This document shows, one piece after another, positions 40,201 to 52,329 of a DNA stretch of 64,000 nt. Below the pieces are notes generated by a model. That model had not been told where the DNA came from. It made no database searches and saw nothing but the letters and a program-made list of their open reading frames with translations. Every line of letters starts with the position of its first letter. The first letter of the stretch is position 1. The position numbers and the translations under genes were made by a program. Location of the stretch: positions 5,208,001 through 5,272,000 of the forward strand of contig CM052833.1 in NCBI GenBank assembly GCA_028534125.1, written 5' to 3'. The DNA comes from Lama glama (lineage: Eukaryota).

Positions 40201-41529
40201 CTACAAATTAGATTTCTCTAGGTAAACTCTAATTCAATCCCACACTTAGTGGATAAGAAGGAAAATTACATGCTGCTAAATTCATCTTTGTGTGAAAAGA
40301 ATGTTCTTGGTTCACAAGGGAGAAGACTAGAATTCTGATTACAACTCCTATCTCTGACACTAATTCAAAGGAATCTTGACCATGTTACTGATATAGTGTT
40401 TGCCTCAGTTTCCATGTTTACCAAAAGGGTAATTTTTGCAGTTAAGACCCACACTTCAGAGGAATCACTAACAAGTAATTTATTCCAGTAATTTTTTTCA
40501 CCTAACTGCTATTTTAAGCTATACAGTAAGGTATATAAAGTATGCACTGTGGGTATTAATCTAGTAGCAGAACTTCCTCTCCATTCCATTCATGGCACCA
40601 AAAGCTTCCAAAAGGAAGATATAAGGACATTCTGAAACTTTTACAAGGATGGATTGAAGTGATGGAGAGATGGGGCTCCTTTTGTCGCTGAAGAATTCTT
40701 ATTGCTTTCCTGTTGAGTTTTATTGCAGGGGACATGGCCGATCAACTTAGCCAACACACTTCCAGTAACCACTGGGTGACATGATTGATTAGCTACATAG
40801 CAGGGATAACTGGAAGATCTCTTAGGAGCCCATTGTAGCTAGGGAAAGGCCATTTAATTGTCTACTGGTTTATGTGATGACAGAAAAGTGTGTGCTTGTG
40901 GAGGGGTGTGCGTTTGTGTGTGTGCAGGAGTTGCCACCTCCATTCAGAGACCCACCTAGCAGTGAGGAAAAGCAGCAGAGCTGCATTTCAGAAAAGAGAA
41001 CAATGACCTGGAGTGTCTGAAATCTGTCCAGGATTTTCACAGCCCCCGTGAGGCTTGGGGTGGGGGTGGAGCTAAGCATATTTACCTTTTGTGTGAGAAT
41101 AGCGAGATGCAGGGAAAGAGATTCTTGTTCACCCACTCCTCCTGATTTTCTACCACTCTATCACATTTAGGAAAGATATCCCCAAGGAAAAGGATCAAAG
41201 ATAGTTATGACATTTAGATGTCAAAATAATGAATCATGCATTTTTAACAATACCTGGATTGAGTTGCTGGTAAGAATTTTGATCAATGCACATTTTTTAG
41301 TAGAAAATTATTTTCTCTGGAGACTCCCCCTTAATCACCTCGAGGTGATTAACTCTGTAGTAGATCCAAAATGTCTAGATCACAACTCTTCTCCCTAACC
41401 CATGATCATTTATTTAATTTCCATTTCATCAACCTAATTCCGTCTCCCTTTCTATATGTGGATTTATTACTGATTTCTCTCCCCAGGCAAGGAGTGTTTG
41501 CTTTGTAAAATTTTTTTAAAAAATTTAAA

Positions 41530-44500
41530 TTCTTTTTTTTTCACTTGAGGTATAATTATCATAAAATAAAATAGGTCTCAAGCGTCCTGTCTGATGAGTT
41601 TTGATAATTGTATATTTCTTGGTAAGTATCATTCACAATAAGGGGCAGAACATTTCCATCACCCTCAGAATGCTTCCTAATGCCATTTCTGGTCATTCCT
41701 CACGTCTCACTGAAATAACCACTTTCAGATGTCAATCACCATAGATGAGTTTGGCCTATTAATGGATTGTTAATATTTTTCCTTCGCTGAAGCTTGTCTA
41801 TTCATTTTTGTACTGGTCTTTTTAATGAAATAGATTTTATGATGCTTTTCTTTAATGATGAGGGCTTTTGAGTATTGTCTAAGAAATCCTTGCCTATCCT
41901 AACTTCAAGAAGACATTCTCCTATCTTCTATTCCAAAGTTTTTATATTTTCTGTGTTTATGGAAATAGTATTTTATTTTTGGATTATTTGCTGATGATAT
42001 ATAGAAGTAAAATTGGCTTTTGAATATTGATCTTGTATACTGTCACCTTGCTAATTCACTTATTGGTGTTACAGATTCAAGCAGAGTTTCTGTGTCTGTA
42101 ATTATGTTGCTTACAAATAATAGAAGTTCTACTTTTATTCTGATTTAATACATTTCTTTTTCTTGCTTTATTACACTGGCTAGGACATCTGGAACAATTC
42201 AGAATATAAGTGGTGAGAGTAAACCCACATACTTTGTTCCCAAACTTTGTAGTAAAGAAGTCCGTGTTTTACTTAAGTATCATGTGTGATTTTTGTAGAT
42301 GCCCTTTGCCTGATTGCCTGATGCAAGTTGTTTTCTTTTCCTAGAAGGCTAAGAGTTCATCCCTCCCCCACTATGGGTGAGTTTTAAATTTTATCAAAAT
42401 CTTTTCTGAATCTATTGAGATGGTTATAAGATGTTTTTCTATTATTCTGTTAATATTGTGTGTTACATTGATTTTCTAATGTTAAAACAAACTTGCATTT
42501 CTACAATAAATCCCACTTGGTCTTTTTTAAATTATATTTTTATACATAGCTGGATTCATTTTTCTAGTATTTTGTTAATTATTTTTGTCTCTATGCTTAT
42601 GAGGGATATTGGCCTTTAGTTTTATTTTCTTGAGCTTTTTTGAGATATCTTACTATTCTGGTATTGACAAACTCATAAAATGAATTGGAAAGTTTCTTCC
42701 TCCTTTGTATGTCAAAATACTGAGATAATTTTTTAAAATATTAGTGTTATTTCTTCCTTAAATGTCTGGCAGAATTCATTGCTGAAATCACCTGGAACTG
42801 GAGTTATAATTGTGTGTATAAATGTTTCTAAGAACAAATTCAATTTCTGTAATATATGAAAGCTATTTACTAATTCACTCCACTGTTTCTCTGAATTCTA
42901 TATAATTAAAGTTTTATCAGTTTTATTGAGGTATAATTTACAGACCATAAATCCACCCAATGTAACTGTACAGTTTGGTGTTTTTATTTTTGAAAGTTTA
43001 TACAGTTGTGCAACTATTACCTAATCAAATTTTAGAAACTACTGATCACTGCCTAAAATTAACCCCATGCCCAGATAAAGTCAAAACCCACTCCTACCTC
43101 CAGGACATGAAATTACACAATGTGTACTCTTTTGTACCTGGCTTCTTTCACTTAGCATAATCTACTTTACACTTGTCCGTTTTGTTGCATTTGTGAGTAG
43201 TTTGTTTCTTTTTATTTCTATGTAGTATTCCACATTGTATGGATAAACAACATTTTATTTATCCATTAACCAGTTAAAGGGCATCTGGAATGTTTCAAGC
43301 TTTTGACTATTATAAATAATATTGTTATGACTATGTGTATATAAATCTTTGGGTAGACTTACATTTTCATTGTGCTTTATAAACACCTATAAGTGGAACT
43401 GCTGTATCTTATCATAAGTGTATGTTTGAGTTTTCAAATTGCTGTATCTTATTTTAAGTATATGTTTACATTTTTAAGGAACCACCAAAGTGGTTCCCAA
43501 AGTGGCACTATATTCTCTGATGAAACGTGTATTCAAATATTTAACCCATTTAAAAAATTGTATCCCTTATGTTCTTATTAGTGAATTGTAAGGGTTCTTC
43601 ATATAACCTTCATGTAAGCCCTTTATCAGATATATGACTTATAGATATTTTCTCTGAGTCTATGACTTATCTTCTTATTTTCTTAATGGTATATTTTGAA
43701 GCATAAAAGATTTCAATTTTGATAAAATCCAATTTATCTATTTTTCTTAATGTAGTATCTTAAATGGTGTCATAGCTAAGAAGTCTTTCCCTTACCTCAA
43801 ATCACAAATATTTCCCTGTGTTTTCTTCAAGAAGTTCTCTAGTTGCAGCTTGTAAATGTTTGTATGTGATCAATTTTGAGTTTTAATGTGGATTTGGGGT
43901 ATAGTATAAGGTAAAGATATCAGTTCATTATTTTTGGCATATAGATATCCAATTTTTCCAGTACCATTTGTTGAAAAAAAAATCCCTTCCCGCATTGAAC
44001 TGTCTTGGCACATTTGTTGAACATCAATTGACATAATTAATTATGTAGGTATTCTTCTGGGTTATTAGATTGTATATCTAGATATTTCTCCTTATAATAA
44101 TGTCACACTGTTTTAACTATTGTAGCATTATTATAAAAATTTAAATCGAGTAGTGTTAGGTCTTCAGTTTTGATTCCCTTTGTCAGAGCTATTTCATCTA
44201 TTCAAGATTCCTGAGATTTCATATAAATGTTAGAATCAGTTTGTCAATTTCTGCCAAGAAAGGAATGGGAGGAGGCTACTGGTATGCAATCATCATCAGT
44301 TCCCTCCATTGTGTTGTGAAGACATCATTACATTACTTTCGATGAGAAATCTGCAGTAGCCCTCATCTTTGTTCCTCTGCTCATAAGGAGTCTTTTTTTC
44401 CTTTGACTGTTCTAAATTTAAAAAAAAAATTACCAGTAGGTTTTGAGCAACTTTATTATAAGTTCTTTTGGGTGTAATTTCCCTCATGTTTCTTGTATGT

Positions 44501-45567
44501 GGTGTTCATTGAACTTCTTGCATCTGAATTTACAGTTTTCACCAAAGTTGGAAATAGTGCAGCCATTATATCACTCCACTCATCTCTAACATGAGTTAAC
44601 AATGTTTTCCACCAGCTTCAATTACATCCTTCCATGCATTTGTAAAAAAGTTAGACTCATTTGTCAAATTCATGCATTCTGCTTTGTCATGCTATAGTGT
44701 CATGTATACATCCTTACAGTATCATATCAAATATTTTTCACTGTCTTAAAAAAATAGCCTGTGCCTCATATATTCAAACTCTCTTCCCCAGCCTCACGGA
44801 ACCACTAGCAAACACTGATCAGTTTATAGTCTCTATAGTTTTGCCTTTTCTAGAATGTCATGTAATGGGACTCATACAGTATATACCCTATTTAGACTGG
44901 CTTTTTTTACTTAGCAATATGCATATCAGTTTCATCTATCACTTTTATTGGTTTGATAACTCATTCCTTTCTACTGCTGAATAAATATTCCATTATATGG
45001 ATGTACCATAGTTTGTTTATCCAGTCATCAATCAAAGGGCATCTTGGTTGCTTCTGTTTTTTAGTAATTATGAATGCTGCCATAAACACTTAGTATTTGT
45101 GTGGACATAGGTTCTCAACACATTTGGGTAAATACCTAGGAATGCGACTGATAGATCATACAGTAAAACAACTATTTCACTTTGTAAGAAACTGCCAAAC
45201 TGTCTTCCAAAGTGGCTGTAAGATTTTTTATTCCCTCCAGCAATGAATGAGAGTTATTTGTTGCTCTAAATCCTCACCAGCTGTGAGTTTTTTTCTGGAT
45301 TTTAGACATTCGAATAAGTATACCTTCTTACATATCAGAAATAGAGTGTTATCTCATTGTTGTTTAAATTTGCATTCCTCTAATTACAAATGAATGAGCA
45401 TCTTTTCTTATGCTTATTTGCTCTCTGCATACTTTGGTAAATTGTGCATATCTTTTGCCCAATTTTTGTGGATTATTGTTGAGTTTTCAGGGTTCTTTGT
45501 ATATTTGGGATACAAGTCCTTTACCAGATATGATTTGCAGATATCTTCTCCTGGTCTGTGGTGTGTC
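41530..45567 (-). mobile_element. Mosaic of old antisense L1M fragments (3' ends and ORF2/ORF1 pieces)
   Basis: Typical reverse L1M 3'-end text (ttgaggtataatt, ttccaaagtggctgta, caccatttgttgaa-like motifs) in several nested segments. Confidence 0.85.
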
Positions 45568-45684
45568 CTTTTTTTTTTTCCAATTCATTCAGCAAATATT
45601 TATTACATGCTTATTATATACCAAACATTCTGCCAGTACATTTTTGTTTCATTTAGTTTTCCTGTCTCTAGTTTGTCCCCTGCC

Positions 45685-46655
45685 AATTAATTCAAAAGTG
45701 CTATCAGAGCAAAGGAAACCACAAACAAAACAAAAAAACCAACCTACGTACTGGGAGAAAATATTTGCAAACGATGTGACTGACAAGGGCTTAAGTTCCA
45801 GAATATACAAACAGCTCATACAACTCAATAACAAAAAAAGAAACCACCCGATTGAAAAGTGGGCAGAAGACCTAAAGAGACATTTCTACAATGAAGACAT
45901 TCAGATGGCCAAAAGGCAGATGAAAAGATTCTCAATATTGCTAGTTATCGGAGAAGTGCAAAACAAAACTTCAACGAGGTATCATCTCACACTGATCAGA
46001 ATGACCATCATTAAAAAGTCCACAAGCAATAAATGTTGGAAAGGGTGTGGAGAAAAGAGAACCCTCCTACACTGTTGCTGGGAATGTAATATGGTGCAGC
46101 CACTATAGAAAACAGTATAAAGTTTTCTTAAAAAAAACAAAAATACAATTACCATATGATCCAGCAATCTCATGCCTAGGTATATATCTGGAGAAAACTC
46201 CAATTTGAAAAGATACATGCACCCCAATGTTTATAGCAGCACTATTTACAATAGCCACGATGTGGAAGCAACCTAAACATCCATTGAGAGATGAATGGAT
46301 AAAGATATGGTATGTATATACAATGGAATAATACTAAGCAACAAAAAGTGAAATAATACCATTTGCAGCAACATGGATAGACTTAGAGATTATCACACTA
46401 AGTGAAATCAGTCAGACAGAGAAAGACAAATATTATATAATATCACTTACATGTGGAATCTAAAAAAATGGTACAAATGAACTTATTTACAAAACAGAAA
46501 CAGACTCACAGACATAGAAAACAAACTTATAGTCACCATAGGTGGAAGTGGGGAAGGAGGGATAAATTGGGAGTTTGGAATTGGCAGATACTCTGTACAG
46601 AATAAATAAACAACAAGGTCCTACTGGGAACTATACTCAATGGCTTGTGGTAACG
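45685..46655 (+). mobile_element. Younger (cetartiodactyl/camelid-type) L1 fragment: ORF2 C-terminus + 3' UTR, 3'-truncated
   Basis: Translates [18 protein letters not shown]...[25 protein letters not shown] (L1 ORF2p C-terminal region), followed by a typical 3' UTR. It stops before its own poly(A) signal and tail. Confidence 0.92.
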
Positions 46656-46976
46656 TTTTCCTGGAATGTCTTGCACTCACTTTCCCATGTTTAATTCTAG
46701 ACCAACCTTTTAAATGCTAGCTCAAATTTCAAGAAGAATTTTCCTTTTTCTGAAAAGTCTATGAACTTGGTTTCACAAATCTTTTTGGCACTTACTATAA
46801 TGCTTGCTTGATTTTGTTATTTGTAATTCATGCCTTATATACCCTTATATGATCTTGAGGAGTTTTAGACTCCTTGAAGGCAAAAGTGATGCTCTAAATA
46901 GCTTTTTCTTTTCCATAGTAGCTAACATAGTATCATATCTATAGAAAACAAACGATAGGCATTTGTTGAATGAACA
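46655..46976 (+). mobile_element. L2 3' fragment inside the composite insertion
   Basis: cctggaatgtc ... gactccttgaaggcaaa ... catttgttgaatgaa. Confidence 0.65.
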
Positions 46977-47128
46977 ACTCTGTTTTCCTACGACCTTGCC
47001 CTGAAGGGTCCTATTCAATAGGATCCATGAAGGTATACTAGGTAAGTAATAATCTTTCTCCACTTTGTATTTAGTTCATTTTGTTTGCACCTTAGTTTTG
47101 ATGATTTCACACAGGAGTCACTAACTCA

Positions 47129-47495
47129 TGTGGTGTGTCTTCTTATTCTCATAATAAAGTATTTCTCAGGGCAAAATTTTAAATTTTTAATTAAATTCAA
47201 ACCAATTTTTCTTTCATGGATTGTAGGGTGTGTGTGTGGGGGGGTGTTAGCTAAAAATGCACTGCCAAATTCAAGGTCACATAGATTATCTCTTATTTTT
47301 TTCCTGAAGTTTTACAGTATTGCATTTTACATTTCAATCCATGATCCATTTTGAGTTAACTTTTGTGAAAGGTGTAAGATCTATGTGTAGGTTCATTTTT
47401 TTTCATGTGGATGCCCAATTGTTCCAGCATCATTTGTTGAAAAGACTATTCCTTGTCCATTGAAATATCTTTGAAACTTTGTCAAAGATCATCCG
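47129..47495 (-). mobile_element. Continuation of the L1MC-like element interrupted at 45567
   Basis: Antisense ORF2 sequence (gatccattttgagttaac, ccagcatcatttgttgaaaagact) picks up where 45567 stops. Confidence 0.8.
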
Positions 47496-49575
47496 AGACA
47501 CAAGTATTGAATATGTGTATGTAGTTAAGTCATTTGTTTAAATGATGGTGGTACTGAGGTCAATATTGAAGTTAAATCTTAGACAGGCAAATTGGATTCA
47601 AATAAACTAAATGCGTGGACACGTGTGCTTCTGTATGCTGAGAGTTCTCCAGTCTTCCACTCTAACTCTGCCTGCTGATTTACAGATGCACATACTTGCT
47701 TATAAAGTGATAAAATATTCTAGATAGCTACTCAGCTAAAACCCAACACCGCAAAGCATATATTGTGAAAATGGTGGGTTTCCCTGTTAATGTAAAACAA
47801 GACAAACCAAAGCAAAACAGAATACCCAGGAGACAGGTAAATATGCGCTGGATTAGTAACCAAGGAAATATTAAATATGCTGGAAAAGTCAGTTGTTCTT
47901 GCCCAGTATGCAGTAGAATTGCAGGTTACTTTTGATACTTTTGCTTGTCATCCTCCTAGAGCTAGGGGAAGGGGGTCACGAAGAATTGAAATATATGCAT
48001 ATGTGTGTGTGTGTGTGTATATACATATATTCTGCTGCTGAGGTGTCTTACTATCCCAGCACTGAGCACTTTTCGGCTCCCAGAAGTTAGGGGTAATCCT
48101 CTTGCCCTAAACTTTGTGGTCTAGCAATTCACACTATCACTGGACGAAAGTGTTTCCGATCATCATCAGCTGTATTTTTCTTCCTAATAAAAAGCACTAT
48201 GCCTTGCAATTCTTGCAGCAATAAAAAAATTTCAACCACAAATGCCTAATAGTAAAACAATAATAACCTATCCACATTCATTTGGCAGGATAAGTCGCTT
48301 CTATTTAAAAGCAGATAAAAATAGCACTGGCCCAAGCACTGTCCTGCCCCATAGCTTTGAAATACTTTGAATAATGAAAGAGCTTACCATGATGTCTGTC
48401 TCTGAAAGCGCTGCATCTCTTTACTGAATACACAATTAACACACAGATAACAGTAGAAACGTTTCATAACTGTGAGTTCATAAAACCTACTTCGTAGTCC
48501 AAATCAATGTCAACAAATTTCTCTCTTGTGAGATGTGCTCCTTTAGAATTTTGTTGGCTTGTCAGCTGTTTCATTAATATTTTAGAACAGAAAGTAAATG
48601 TCTTGAGATTCCAAAAGCATCACAAACTGCCCCAGCTTCACTCTATTGGTTATTATAATGTCATCAAAATCCTTTGATATATGTATAGAAGCCTCCTTAC
48701 AGGGAATAATGTCTATTCTCAGTTTATACATATGCAGAAGGAAGAAGACCTATAAAATTCAACTTTAATGCCATTGAAGGTTTGGAAGGCTGTTTTGGAA
48801 ATCTGTGTACATTTTTGTCTTCTGGATGGTTCCCATGGTGAAGAGTACTCAGCACCTTTTTTCAGGCAACATCAACCCTCTTGAATTTTTCATCTTTTTT
48901 ATCTGGCCTCCTGTTTACAAATTGATAAAGAAAATATTAAAATGGAATGAATATAAATAGCAGCTGTAGAATGTATTCTGCCAAGAATAAATCCTGTGTT
49001 AGAATTGCTAATGTATTAGAACTGTTTCATAGGGAAAAAATGCTTTTTATGACATTTCTTACTCAGTAAAGATTCTGCTCCAGATGTAGTTGAAACTAAG
49101 AAATACATATACATATTTATGTATATATATGCAGATTAAAGTGGGAAATTAAGGAAAATAGAAATTTTTCTTTTCAAATATATGTTTTTGTATCACAGGA
49201 CCCCAATAATTACTTGTTAACTAGAAGTGATAGTTAGGAAACAAATTAATATTGAAAAATAAATTTTTCATAAAGATGTATGCATAAAGAGCTTTATTCT
49301 TCAAACTTTTTACGTTAAAATATTTAAACAAAGCTAAAAGTTGAAAGAATGAACACATATATTGTTCACTTAGATTCAATAATTATTGCTACTATATTGT
49401 TATTTTTGCCCTTGCTCTGTGTGTATGTTTGTCTGTTTAACTGTAAATAGCTTTAGCTATAAACTTCTGAGTTTGTGACAAGGAGGGTTTTTTTGTCTCC
49501 TATTCACACTGGTGTGGCATTCTAGGGCACAGTTAGCCTCGGGGAAGACCTAGTGAGCACCTACAGGGTCAAATG

Positions 49576-51225
49576 CAGTGATCTTGCAATGTATTTTCCC
49601 AAGTACCCACCCTAAAGAATTTTAAAAATATATCAAAATTCACTACATGTGCTACTACCCTATTGTCTAATATACTCGTACAGCAGCAAATTTATATTTT
49701 AAACATACATAAATCACAAAACAAAAAAAAAGTTCTAAACATTAAACGAGCTATTTGTCCCTATTTGTTTAATTTATTAATGTACTAAACACTTTTGTTC
49801 TCACTAAAATATCAAATAATCAGTATTAGTTTTTAGTGACAGCATGTAATTAAAAATACTTTATTATTTTTAAAAGATGGTGATAATAAGTGAATTCTAA
49901 ATTCACTTATTAATTAACAAATTAAATTAGAAATAAAAGCTAGTTACATTCTAAATTAGGTTTACCTTAAGTTCTGTTTCTAATGGCTATAGAACTGAAA
50001 AAGGTACGTCACAAATATACATAAAAGTAATGGAAAGTTTCATTGACTGCACTTAATAAGTGATAGTACACATTTTTCAACCACATTCGCCAGTAATGAA
50101 TATAAAGGTTTGTGTTGAAGTTCAGCTAATGTATTTCCATATAATGCCAATGATTTGCTTTAGCAAACTAACTGGAAGATGTTGGATTTTAATTATTTTA
50201 GTGAATTGGTTAAAAATAAATTCCTGAAATTCTTCATTTAGAAGATTAACAGGTTGAAATGTTCTGTTTCCTAGTTTTTTAAAAATTTGACCAAATATGA
50301 AAATCCTTTATTTAGAACTGAAATATTTAACATCATGTCACCAACAAAATTCACTTAATGACAGTAACATTTTCAAACCTCTATTTTCAACATTCTCTTT
50401 TATTCTATGAGATTCTTTTGAAAAAGCAGCTATTTTCTCCATTATTGTTAAAATAGTACCTCTCCCTTAAAGCAATAACTAAATAACTAAATATATATAT
50501 AAATACAAATACATAAAAATGTGTATCTGTAGATAGCATACTGTTGACAGCCATGTGTATCATATAAAATATCTGCAAAATTGAAACGAATGTATTTTTG
50601 TCAAAAAAAGAAGTATGTAACTCATCTTTAAGCTCAATGGGTGTTTTAAGTACTTCACTTTTGGATACCCTTCAAACTTCTGTGTGGAACAAGAGGTTTT
50701 CATGGTCACTCCTGATATGTTTACAAGGTGTTCTAAAGAGTTTAAAATCATGTACAGTCAGCCCTCCATTCTGCGGCTTCCACATACATGTTGATACGGG
50801 TAAGCTATGATACCATGCCATTTTTTATATAAGGTACTTCGAGCATCTGCAGAATTTGGTGTCTACGGATGTCTTGGAACCAAGCCCCCACAGATGCCAA
50901 GGGATGACTATTCCATCAGTCCATTACTTCACAGTACACTGAATGACTTGAAATGGAATCAGTGATTTTGAAGGCCACTATCAGGCCCTTCGTGTCATGT
51001 AATTTCTTTTATTTTCTTCCTTCAGGATACCTGACATTCTCTTCATGACACATATACCAGCATCACTCTAAGTATTAGAAAAAGGAACATGTTTATTTTT
51101 TCTTTTTCTTTCTTTTATCAGAAAAAGTTATACATTCGGACAACCTAATTTTTGTTTTCAGATCCTCAATACATGATCTTACATGTTACCTGGGATATGT
51201 GCACCTTTTTTTTGAAAACCATCAG
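49576..51225. mobile_element. hAT-Charlie-like DNA transposon remnant
   Basis: Degenerate TIRs cagtgatcttgcaa / ttgaaaaccatcag around an AT-rich internal region. Confidence 0.45.
50755..50910. mobile_element. MER2-like (TcMar-Tigger) element with internal deletion
   Basis: ta|cagtcagccctcc ... ccattttttatataaggtacttcgagcatctgcag ... ccaagggatgacta. Confidence 0.8.
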
Positions 51226-51989
51226 TATAAAGGATATTTCAAACTTGGGTGTAATTCAGGCAGTCTTTAGTAGCCGTATGTACCATATGCCTTAAAGAAA
51301 ATTTATTTCAGGATGGGGTCAGGGCTCAGGAAGGCATCTTTCCAGGAGATCCACCAGGATTAACCCAGCAGATCCAGTCCTTTGGAAACAGGGTTGGGCC
51401 AGAAAGAGCAAGGACAATCATTTATAGTCATTCAAAGAAATTGTTATTCATGCTACAACAGACTATTCTACCACAAAACTCAAGGATTGGAAATCACGAT
51501 GAGAGCAATCACATAGAGCATGCTGAAACCAGGAGCCACGTGTGTATGTGGGACTTGCCCTGGCATACCCGATCAGGGTTTAGTTCACAATGGAGAAGTC
51601 TGATGGGAGAGGAGTGAGAGGCAATGAAGGAACACAGCAGCCATAACAGGCTATTATATTCCTGATAGGAGTGTGGCTATTCCAAGACCACTGGATGTTG
51701 AGATAGCGGTTGTGTTGTGTACTGCTCTCCCCAGTCTGGAAAGGCAGGTTCCAAATTTGAAGGAGATTATTATGCCTGCAGCATGTGAGAGAAAGAGCCA
51801 AGAAGAGGCTGGTTAAAATACGGACAATAAATGCACTAACATTTTGTAAGATATTATAAATGTGAGCCATTGGAAAGTAGTATGGTGAAAGCTACCAATT
51901 CAGCCAAGCTTCATATTCAGTGTAACTGTCAAGTTATTTCACATGCTTGTCTTTATCTACTAGATTATGATACCTAAAGGCAGTTACAG

Positions 51990-52215
51990 GGGCTACTGAA
52001 TAAAAAGGACTTCAGATTCTGACCTGAGTTTGGAACCAAATTGCATCAATTACAACCTATGTAAATTGAGAAAGCTGTATAACCATTTTGAGTATCAGTT
52101 TCCTTAATCTCTACCTCATAAATTTGCTCTGAGATTAAACAGATTCTTTTTAAAGTTCTTAACACAATGTTTGACATACCATAAGTATTTAATAACTGGT
52201 AGCTATTATTATTAC
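51990..52215 (+). mobile_element. MIR SINE
   Basis: gacctgagtttg ... tcagtttcctt ... tacctcata ... gagattaaa ... tagctattattatt. Confidence 0.7.
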
Positions 52216-52329
52216 TTTAAAAATCACAAAACTTGATAAATGAAAGAACAAGTATATCTAATTTCAAACGTTTATATTTTTAAAATAAACTATCTAGGCT
52301 TATGCTGAAACTATTTATAAAATAAAGAG

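Larger units (their letters stand above)
45557..47144 (-). mobile_element. TSD-flanked L1-mediated composite insertion (L1 3' part + L2 + unique DNA, poly(A) at left end) inside an older L1MC-like element
   Basis: Direct repeats tgtggtgtgtc(ctttt/ttctt) at 45557-45572 and 47129-47144, T11 at 45569-45579, and minus-strand AATAAA at 45599-45604. The host L1 resumes after the right repeat. Confidence 0.8.

Noticed and set aside
45410-46108. 232-aa ORF as a novel gene
   Set aside because: A chance fusion of antisense L1, L2 and L1 ORF2 C-terminal sequence.
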